A DNA stretch of 64,000 nucleotides, from contig OZ316893.1 of the NCBI GenBank assembly GCA_973895155.1, forward strand, positions 21,312,955 to 21,376,954, given 5' to 3'. The DNA is from Marsupella aquatica (lineage: Eukaryota; Plantae; Marchantiophyta). Shown piece by piece: positions 1-9,180 of this stretch. The notes under the pieces were generated by a model. That model saw only the letters and a program-made list of their open reading frames with translations, searched no databases and had not been told where the DNA came from. The position numbers and the translations under genes were made by a program. How positions within the stretch are numbered: the stretch's first letter is position 1; each line of letters begins with the position of its first letter.

Positions 1-680
1 GCTACCGACTCCAATTCCCATCCGAAGAATTTTGAGAGAATGGTGAATGTCATTGCTGGAATGAAATCCTAGGAAAGACTTTGGCATTAAGTTTTCTGAT
101 TTGGCCAATCTCATAACATCAAATAAAAAATATGCTTGGTGCCATCTCGCACAGAGCTTTCATCCCTATGTATCCTACTTGTATTTCAGACTAAAAATTT
201 CGGATGTTAAATCGATCTCTGAGCAGCACAAGCCTGCCACTGTATGGTCCGGGTGACATTTCTAATTTTTTTTTGCAAAAATTGTACTGTTACCACGATC
301 TATTAACCTCTACATTCATTCCCTTACGGAGGCCGAAACCATCGGAGACGGGTGTGCTTGTGATGTCCATATGGTCTATCAATCTCAATTTTCTGGATGA
401 AATAAATAGCTAACCTCTAAACGTTATTCTGAATCACTCCCAACTCATCAGTCCCATGAATGAGGGGTAACCGGTACATTCCAAAACCGGTCATTAAGTA
501 AATCTTAAGGATCGTCACTACCACGTTTCAGAATGAGTCGGACTGGCTATACCAAAAGAAAATGGCTACTGAACAATATCCCAGTCAAGTCAGAGATGTA
601 AACCTGCCTGTGTCTTCCCTGTATTTGGACAGCTTCAACCTGACCTCACTGGTTGAAGAACCTACATCTAGCTAAGCAGT
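1..680. repeat. Diverged copy of the PYRR 3' flank (paralogous to ~17620-18270)
   Basis: For example AAAAATTGTACTGTTACCACGATCTATTAACCTCTAC (~276) vs AAAAATTGTACTGTACCACAATCCATTAACCTCTAC (~17853); GTGTGCTTGTGATGTCCA and CTCATCAGTCCCAT are also shared. Confidence 0.85.
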
Positions 681-1700
681 CACAGCAGCAGAGCCAGCTG
701 CGACCCGTTTGAATTTGTTTGTGGCGCCGAATAAAATTCAGATCGTAGAGTCATGACAAGAAGGCCAAGATTGTTCGTTCCGGTTCCTCTTCTCCCAGCT
801 AACCTAAAAAGATAATGCGTAGAGTCCTTCACTGGAACGGTTCCTGCAGTAGCAAGGAGCATCTTTTGTAGAGATAGGTAGGAGCTGAACTTCACCCGAA
901 GAGCTCTGTACAAAGCATCGACCTTCGCTGTATGCCAATCCAGGCGAACCTGAGAAAGACATAACTTCAGCCTGTTAGCAGAACTTAAGGGTAGACCTTT
1001 TGCTTTCACAGAATGTGCCCTCACAGCCTGGTTGAACAATAGGAAGTATAACTTGTAAATTCCGTTCCGGGAGCCAGAATTGTAGAAAACACCAAACCAT
1101 AAGTCACTACAGCACATGCTGACTATGTACCAGTAGAGCCGCCTGATGAAATTATACGAGAGAAAGAGGGAGACAGACAGGGTAAAGCCTCACTATCACG
1201 GCGTGTTGTATTTCCTCCAATAATGATCGCAACAACCTTTAGGCATACATTTCGCAGCTCTGCATAAGGGTGGTGAATTCACCAGGCAAGTTTGCAAAAG
1301 CTCTTGTAAAACTTTAGAAACGAGACATTCTAGTCCACTTTGATCTAGAAGTCATGAACATAACAACTTTGCATGGCCCACAATTGAAAAAGATCAGCAG
1401 AGTGTTTACCTCAACCCGTTCCGTTTGTTCACGTCTTCACCAAGAACGTCAACCAAAATATCGTCGCTCCTCAGAGCACTAATTGCCTTCCCCGTCAGAT
1501 GCAGTGGTGGATGAGGAAGCCCCGCCACTACCCTCAAATCTGCCAACGATGCTGACCTGGCACCTGGGCTGCTGAAGCATGCCGCGACAGCGTCTGCTGC
1601 ATCAGTGTAAAATGGCTACAGTTTGCTACACTTCCCGTTGGTTTGAGCACAAAAGTGTGTAGGCGCTGGGACCTATCCTACCACTTTCAGATACAGGTGG
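680..1700 (-). pseudogene. Degenerate, multiply deleted duplicate of the PYRR riboflavin gene
   Basis: Colinear patches match the intact gene: 680-1030 ~ 18275-18640 (last exon DWHTAKVDALYRALRVKFSSY plus preceding intron), ~1085-1135 ~ 20265-20315, ~1191-1230 ~ 20371-20411, ~1245-1540 ~ 20712-21040, ~1555-1670 ~ 21590-21706. Exons 5-8 and most of exons 1 and 4 are missing. Intron sequence is retained. Confidence 0.9.
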
Positions 1701-1766
1701 ACCGCTAACTACCTCGCGCAAACATTCTATAACAAAGAGTGAGAACGTGTTAGATTTCATGTACAC

Positions 1767-3509
1767 CTAAGAATCCACTATGCCTTGGGCAGTCTGCAGA
1801 GCTCTCATCTCTTCTATTAATTGAGTAGCCTTATCGGCGAGTTGTTGGCTTTTGTAAGCTTTGATCAAGATAGTGTAAGTTATTTCGTCTGGCATTAATC
1901 CTTCAGTCTTCATCTCCAAGTACGCTGCTTGCATCCCATCAAAATCGTCGGCCCTCCGATGTGCATGAATCACGGAATTGTAAAGGGCTACATCAGGTAC
2001 CAGGTCTGAGTTCTTCCACTGGCGTTTAACTTTCTCCACTTCGTCCCACATTCTGTTTTTTGAATAAGCACTGATGAGACAGCACACGGTGAAAGCAGTA
2101 AACTTCAATCCAGCCCGCTTCATTGCAGAGAAACTTCTCCCCATTTCCACAATCATTCCACCCCTCCCATATGCCTCTATCATCGAATTATAAGTAACTT
2201 GATCAGGTGAGTACAAATACTTGTGCATGTATCGCACAACTGATTTCATTTCAGCATACAGTCCACTCCGTCCATATGCGCAAACAAGTGTATTGAATGT
2301 GACCGTATCAGGTTGAACCCCAGCAGCTTGCAAGATTTCAAACATTTCCTCCATTTTCTTGATATTTCCCCTTTTTCCAAAATGCTTAAGGAGGGTATTG
2401 AAAGTCCAGATATCTGGTAAGCATGTGCCACTCTCCAGAATATGCACAAGCAGCTCTTCCATCTGATCTAACATACCCACCTTGCCAAAAACATCTATAA
2501 GAGTATTATATGTTACAGTATTAGGTTCTACTCCAGATTGTAGCATCTCAACAAGCAGAAGGCTTGCTTGGTCAAAGAAGCCTCCTTCACAACACCCCTT
2601 GATCAACAAACTGTAAACATAGACGTCAGGCTGATACTCTGGTAACATCTTCATGTGTTCAAAAAGTTGGAAGGCTGTAGTTATGCGCTGACTGGTCGTG
2701 TACGCATAAAGAAGGGCTGTAAAGCTTTCGAGTGAAGGGACAATTTTATCCTTCTCAATCATCAGCTGGAACAGATCTGAGGCTACGTCAGGTTGCTTGC
2801 ATTTTCCAAGCATCGTCAAAAGTTTTACGTATATTTCCACTTTGGGATCGTACCATTCTTGTAGACGAAGTAATCCAAACACCTGCATAGATTGATATCG
2901 TGAGCTCCAGCAGGAAGTTCAGAGGCTTTTGAGCCACCTGGAATCTAACGGAAGCCTAATAATGTCTCTGAATGCTCTCAAATCAATTAAGAGAAAGTAA
3001 TCTAAAAATTGCAGATATCGTAATGCAATAAGAAGCCAATTTCGAAAGGTGCTCGAGAGGCAAAACTTGGAATTGGAGACGCGGTGTAGACAGACTTATC
3101 AGTGCCTAACAAATTGGCTTCAAAATTGGATTGACAATCTCTCCGGTCGGTCTTACAGCTGGGAGGAGCTGACCTTGAGAGCAGATTCCCACTGAAGAGA
3201 CCGGATGCGGTCTGTCAAAGCTTCCAAAACAGCTCGGGGCAGTAGCCTGGCAGACTTTCGAGAGATGCTGTCCACGTCCAAGAGTCTCGCTCTATCTACC
3301 TGCAGAACGGTCGCCACTGCCTTCCGTGCAGCCCTGCTTGTGTTCCCATCCAATTTCTCCGATTTAATATTAATCTTCTCGCTCCCTGTCAAAAGCTTGT
3401 CCTCCTCTGAGCTGCTGCTGCTCCTCTTGGATGAACATACGATTCCATACAGTTTCCTTTGACACGGGCCAAGGTCAACGGAAATAATCTGATGATGGAC
3501 GAGCTGCAT
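1767..3509 (-). CDS. P-class pentatricopeptide repeat protein (PPR2/At5g48730/At3g53170-like group), 2 exons, ~483 aa
   Basis: Exon 1 3509-3174, GT-AG intron 3173-2883, exon 2 2882-1767. The phase-0 junction gives LLPRAVLEALTDRIRSLQWESALK|VFGLLRLQEWYDP, followed by ~10 35-aa repeats (PDVYVYSLLIKGCC, PNTVTYNTLIDVFGK, PDTVTFNTLVCAYGR, PDQVTYNSMIEAYGR). No E/DYW extension. Confidence 0.93.
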
Positions 3510-3566
3510 CTAAGATCCAGACCGAGTCAGCTCAGACGCGGTTGAAACCTAAATCCTTGAACAACA
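3510..3566. repeat. 57-bp direct repeat, partner at 6057-6113
   Basis: CTAAGATCCAGACCGAGTCAGCTCAGAC(G/A)CG(G/A)TTGAAACCTA(A/G)ATCCTTGAACAACA; 3 mismatches. Confidence 0.95.
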
Positions 3567-3573
3567 ACAGTAT

Positions 3574-3668
3574 GCGTGTATTAGGAGTGACACTTGAGGA
3601 ATCCGGCTCACACACATCCGCCCCTGCTTTGAGCAAATCTGAAACTTCGCGCGCCCTAAAGCCTTTAA
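3574..3668. repeat. 95-bp inverted repeat, partner at 6927-7021 (piece of RMT2-pseudogene exon 1)
   Basis: The reverse complement of 6927-7021 matches with 1 mismatch. The ORF track shows the same peptide LKALGRAKFQICSKQGRMCVSRIPQVSLLIHA on opposite strands. Confidence 0.95.
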
Positions 3669-4680
3669 ACCACGCATCGGGGTATAAAAGCCCCCGAGTA
3701 CTGTCCGGCTTGCATCAATATTAGTCCTCCCTAACTGCCCGCGGGGCCCACCCCTCGTACTTGTGCTCCTGCCCGACCCCTCTGCCCTTCCTGCCTGCCC
3801 TTCCCCACCGGAGTCGTATGTCATACTCGACGACTCGCCAGTCGTAGTTGCGAACAGTGCACCCTGCAGCCTTCACGCATTTCGCGAAGAGATGCACAGC
3901 AATGTGCATAAAATTACTCTATGTGGTCCCGGCCTGCGAGCTCGCGCGTCCAACACTCCGTCCAAATCGCACTTGCACCTCCATGGCGTCCATCCTTTGC
4001 ACTTCGTCCTTTGGCCTCCAACATGAATCGCTCGCTGCATTGCAAGGTCGCCACGAATTGCACCTTGCACATTACTTGTCCCGATAACGTGATTGCTCTA
4101 CACTCAGACTTGTCCGATTGTTCCATAAAAACTATGTGGGCTCTATGATTGCTTGTCCCTATGTGCAATCACTTGACGCTCATCGCTGTGGGAGAAAGCT
4201 TTTGTATAAAGCAGGGAGTATTCTGTTTGTCATCTCGCCACCTCTGTGACTGTGCTGTTTGCTTCTTGTCTTTCTTTTACTTGCGGGTGTTGAGCTCACT
4301 GAATCAAGGACGGGCGGGATCAGCTGCGTTGCAGGGAATCAACGTGATCAACTGGGCCAAAGTTGTCTTGCAGGTTTGAGCCACATTCATGGAATTCTTG
4401 ATTGTTTAGATTTTAGAATTGTTACAGTGGGACCCACCTGCGCCTTCAGAGTGACCCTTTACGTAGCTGCGCCTGAAATGTGGGGCCTGAACTCTCGGTT
4501 CCTTTTCACGAGTATTTTTTATGTGGGGCCCCATCTCTTACTCTGCTTCCATGATCGACTCTTGTGGATTTTGTGACGATCTTTGGCTGGTCTTCGTTCC
4601 TTTATGATAGAATGGAATTCTTTGAAATTGTTCGGGGCAAACAAAAGAAGAAAAGTGAATCGCTTTAGCTCTTCCTGTCA

Positions 4681-4828
4681 GACAATGCGCACTAATGGTG
4701 GGCCGGATCGCTAGGAGTCTGACAGAAAGCAAAGGATTGATCGAGAAAATGTCTGACAATGCGCACTAATGGTGGGCCGGATCGCTAGGAGTCTGACAGA
4801 AAGCAAAGGATTGATCGAGAAATGTCTG
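4681..4828. repeat. Near-perfect tandem duplication, 74-bp unit x2
   Basis: GACAATGCGCACTAATGGTGGGCCGGATCGCTAGGAGTCTGACAGAAAGCAAAGGATTGATCGAGAAA(A)TGTCT starts at 4681 and 4755. Confidence 0.95.
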
Positions 4829-5298
4829 TATGCGCCATTTACGGTAGTAAGCTTGAGAGGAACGGCCCTAGTTGGCGAGGATCTGACCAAGAGTGGTGGA
4901 TTCATACAATCAACTTCTACAGGACTGTAGTTGATTGGTTATGCTGAGTAGAAAGCCACTGCAGATAGGATTTTGATCGTCAAACTGCAAACAGGGAGGC
5001 CCGCGGAGGTTCAAGCCTGGATCAAAATAATACTCAGCCGCGTGTGTGTCTCAGTTGGTCGCCGCATCTCCGTGTGTTCGGCTATGCACACCGATGCATA
5101 AACAAAGCGTGGAAAATCCATCAAAGTAGAACAGAAGAGAGACAACAAATAACCCTGGCGAGTGGCGACTTTCTTCATCATTCCTTTCCTACAGTAGATG
5201 TCTCTTTAGCGAACCGAGGAAGGAAACCTTCTGTCATAAGACACCACTTCGGCTAGCAATTGGCCTGCCCCTTTATGCTCTCTTGTTCGTGCTCGATC

Positions 5299-5570
5299 AC
5301 ACAGCCCATGAGCACCCTTTACTGCCTCATAAGGATCCCTCACGACGGTCACCTGCTTGTCTTAAGCGGGGTTTACTTTCTCAAGTTCTTATGCAGTTCC
5401 CAGTCGAATTTGTTTCTCAACGAATCGTGCCTGATCTGGTCGACCGTAACCTGTGGATCGTAGATGCTCAGAAGAGCCTTTTCACCCAGAAGCCCATTGC
5501 ATACATCGATAGCCGGAGTCTCTCTCAGTATGTCCGGTGTCCTTCAAAGCAAAACCCAAGATCACAATGC
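5299..5570 (-). pseudogene. UGD: UDP-glucose 6-dehydrogenase C-terminal-domain fragment, frameshifted
   Basis: Manual translation across frameshifts gives IVILGFALKDTGHT / RETPAIDVCNGLLGEKALLSIYDPQVTVDQIRHDSLRNKFDWELH / KQVTVVRDPYEAVKGAHGLC. This matches the plant UGD signature LGFAFKKDTGDTRETPAIDVCKGL...IYDPQV...NKFDWDH. Confidence 0.88.
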
Positions 5571-6875
5571 CATAACAAAACCATAGGCTTTCAGTGTCGG
5601 CTGACCCCTTTTCAGAATGTTCACCTCACAAAGAAAATGTACCTCACAATTGGGTCCTTTCATTTTTATTCTGTATGTTCTAGTTGTTAGTGCTATGTCA
5701 AGGGGGTGTCAAACTAGGGGGCATGAACAAATTCGACTGGGAACTGCATGAGAACTTGGAACCTCAATATAATTTGGTTTTGTCAGACTTAGAAAAAACA
5801 ATTTAAGATCTTACTTGTCATTTCATGTATTCAAAGGTAATTATTGTGTGCTTCAACTTAGAAAAACAATATAGAGCTTACTTGATTTTCATGTAGCAAA
5901 TCTATCATTCTTATGTAGACCCATTTTGGAGAATTCGAGACTAAACAAATTTGGGTACTTCTATAGTTTTTTCTATTCCTTAGTAAACCTTGTCGTTTCA
6001 TGAATATCTCCCATGACACATGAACAACGGGGGCAATTTGAACAACAGTCCCCTGGCTAAGATCCAGACCGAGTCAGCTCAGACACGATTGAAACCTAGA
6101 TCCTTGAACAACAGTCCCCGCTTACTTAAGCCAGGGATTTGAACAACGGGGACGATTTGAACAACAGTCCCCGCTTAAGTCCCCGCTCAACAAGACATGT
6201 GTTTTCACATTTACAACAATAGTCCCACCAGCAGATGTCCAAGGTACAAATTGGATTGAAAAAGATCGAAGTCGGGTAGGCCGAAATTCAGTATTGAGTG
6301 GGCACACTTCACATTCTGCATCGGAGGAGAACGAGGTGCATCCGTGGTGCCCCGAACTGCTGCCCAGCCAAGAAGCTCAGAGTAATCTTCCTCTCTTATG
6401 AAAATGCGCAGTCCTTCCTCCCTCCCAATCTTGACCTGTATCTCATCTCAAATTAGTGTGCTGATTTCTTCGCTGATCGAGACTCTCGATCACACTTTCT
6501 CACCATTCTAAAGTACTGTCAATTCCAGGGCCGTAAATTCTGCTGTCGATACAACACTGTCGTCGGTCGAAGCTGTGACACCCCTTACTGTATTACCGTA
6601 ACGCAATCCCTGCTGGAGCCCTGCCTGCCGTCTAGTAAAGGACCTGAAGATAGCTATTGACGACGACGGCCGAAAGCAATTGCTCGCTTTGACGGACTTC
6701 CATTTACACCCTTTACTGTAATGTAATCTCAGAGCGAAAGTCCTAGGAGTTCAGCTCGAGCAAATGTCGGGGTTTAGAGTATGAGGGTACCCCACTTTTG
6801 GGTGGGATGATTGTTAAAAGAGTCTAAAAGAGTCTACCCGATCTGGAGCGTGTGTCTGTGTGTGCTTTGTGTTGA

Positions 6876-8300
6876 ATGGACAAATCGCCTAGGGATCATC
6901 CTTTCCTGAGCTTTGCCAAGCCACAGTTAAAGGCTTTAGGGCGAGCGAAGTTTCAGATTTGCTCAAAGCAGGGGCGGATGTGTGTGAGCCGGATTCCTCA
7001 AGTGTCACTCCTAATACACGCTGCAGAGAACGGCCATTGTCGCCACCTTGTTAGAGGAAGGAGCTCGTCGGAATGGTTGGATCCGTCACGTCTTTGCGCT
7101 CGTGACTATGCATAGAGCGGGGGCCATTATGGTGCCTTTGACGTGCTGCTGAATGCCGATAAGTACTGTCCTCGCCAAACTGAATTTTCTGTGCCAATCT
7201 ATTTGTCCGTCATAATCTCATTCATCAGTAATGCAGTACAGTTTCGCTTATCAATCCAAGTGTCTTCAAGATATTTTCGAGCTTATAGCTAATACTGCTG
7301 TATTCTCTGGCACTTTGAGTTTGATGGACTTGTGGTTAGATCCCGGAACTACATTTGCTAAATTACAGCTTTCCTTCTGTAATTAGCTCTAGATACAATA
7401 TCCGTGAGCTGAATCAAGGTGGTTAGCGACCTTAGTGTGGAGCCGTAGTTATCTTCTGCAGGTATCAAAGCAGAATTTGTTTTGGGACCCGTAGATAGGC
7501 AAATCACAAAGTCTGGGGAAGCAACCAGTAAAGCCTAATTGGAAGGCCGCCTGGAGTGATGATGGGGAAGCCTATCATGGAAATGCATTGCGAAAGTTGT
7601 TTGTAGGAGCGGTGGGGATGTGCCCATCGTGGGGTGGGAGACGAGGCCATCCAAAACTATGGGCCTACATCTCATACAATAATCGAAGCCCATCCCAATG
7701 TGTATACCCGAATCCTGGTTGGGGTGAGTGGGGTGAATTGTTTTGGGGCTTTGGCAAGAAGTTCCCTCAGCTGGGCCCCTATGATGGTAAAGAAACACTC
7801 CCTGTAGCTCTTCAGTTCACATTCAGGAAAATGACTAGAACTCATTTTAATACTCACAGCCTCCTCGTGAGAACCCCAATGAATTCCACCCTCGAGCCTG
7901 GTAGAATCACTCGAGGTCCCTGTCAATTGTCTCAAGTTCGACTACTTTCGAATATCATGAGACAGATTCAAACTGATCTAATATACGTGTTTGAGACAGA
8001 CACAAGTTGATCTAAAATGAGCAATGCGCTATGAACGTGCAAGGGTCTTCTTCGAGTCCTACGGGAAGTATTATATGATTTGAAGAGCTTCCCAAGTGGG
8101 TTGTACTCTTATTTCAGCGAAATGTGTGCTGATAATGCCTTTTTCCGTGTAGTTTATTGTTAGCTAGTGGCCTAGGAGTTCTTACAAATGGGATTTGAAC
8201 ACGGAATTTATTGAACTGCCTGTCAAAGACTGCCTAGACGAGAAAACCTGGGAAGGTATCCGTCATCGATGTTGGGAACTAGACACTTACAGTACTTGTT
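6876..8300 (+). pseudogene. RMT2: Ankyrin + arginine N-methyltransferase 2 (RMT2/GAMT-like, At5g65860-type) pseudogene, 3 exons
   Basis: Exon 1 ~6876-7158 (LLKAGADVCEPDSSSVTP/IHAAENGH/IVATLLEEGA/LDPSRLCARDYA*SGGHYGAFDVLLNA; donor mutated to AT). Exon 2 7462-7786 (GIKAEFVLG, VMMGKPIMEMH, DEAIQNYGPTSHTIIEAHPNVY, PQLGPYDG). Exon 3 8043-~8300 (VFFESYGKYY, GLYSYFSEMCADNAFFRVVYC*, LPVKDCLDEKTWEGIRHRCWELDTY). Multiple stops and frameshifts. Confidence 0.9.
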
Positions 8301-8344
8301 ACGTGTTTGTTAAAATCCAGACGACGAGAAATTATGAAATTTTG

Positions 8345-9180
8345 TCAGCTTGAGAAGTGGGATGAATCCAAAGTCGAAGGATCCTTGTCGTCAGTATACA
8401 GGTGAAGGACAAACGAAATGTATAACACCAGAGGGCGGAATGTCTTCATGCAGTTTTCACAGGAGTGATGTTTATCTTTAACCGCAAACCTCTTGCCATA
8501 CATTTGTGCCAGTTGAATATCAAATCGACAATTATCTTCGTCAGTGTGGATCCTCCAGTCCAAATGATACAGAACTGGGCATTGTACAGGACCCAAAACA
8601 TGGTCTTCACATATGTTTGCAAATTTACATTTCCTTGTCCGAGATTTCCAGCAAGTGCGATACAAATGTACGGGGACCAACATAGCTGTAAAGAGTTCCG
8701 ACTTTTTCGTATCGCCGGCTAGCAATCTTGTTGTCCATAAGGAAACCCAGGCAAGGGTGGGAGATTAAGTCAGCGATTCATGACTTCCAATATTTTTGGA
8801 AGCCCACAATGGCAGGGTTTGCACGCGAACAATACTTGCCCTGAATTTGCTGTAATAATCTCCAGCAACAAGCTCCAACTCCAAACCACAAGTAGCCATG
8901 ACAATGCCGACGGCTATACCAACTGGAGCTGTAATCCGACAGATGGTCAAGTTTTCATCTACACCAGAACCTGCTTCATCCCCCTTGTTTGTCAAGATTG
9001 GAGCCTCATCAACAACTTACTGTAAAAATAGTCTTCCATATGTTATCCTCAAAACTTATGAGCATTGCCATGAGCACCCGCAAATCTCTTCCGGACTTAA
9101 ATCCCTTAAAGATTTGTCTGTATAGTATCGAAGAGGATGCCCATCAGAGGCTCTGCAAGGCATTTTGAGATTATCCTTTA
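8345..9180 (-). pseudogene. Possible decayed coding sequence of unknown family
   Basis: One frame runs ~278 codons with only three TAA interruptions; ORFs 8345-8725 and 8765-8995 share this frame. No motif recognised. Confidence 0.35.

Noticed and set aside
4907-4938. Short hairpin CAATCAAC..CTACAG/CTGTAGTTGATTG as miRNA or Helitron end
   Set aside because: Too short for a plant pre-miRNA and no CTRR terminus.
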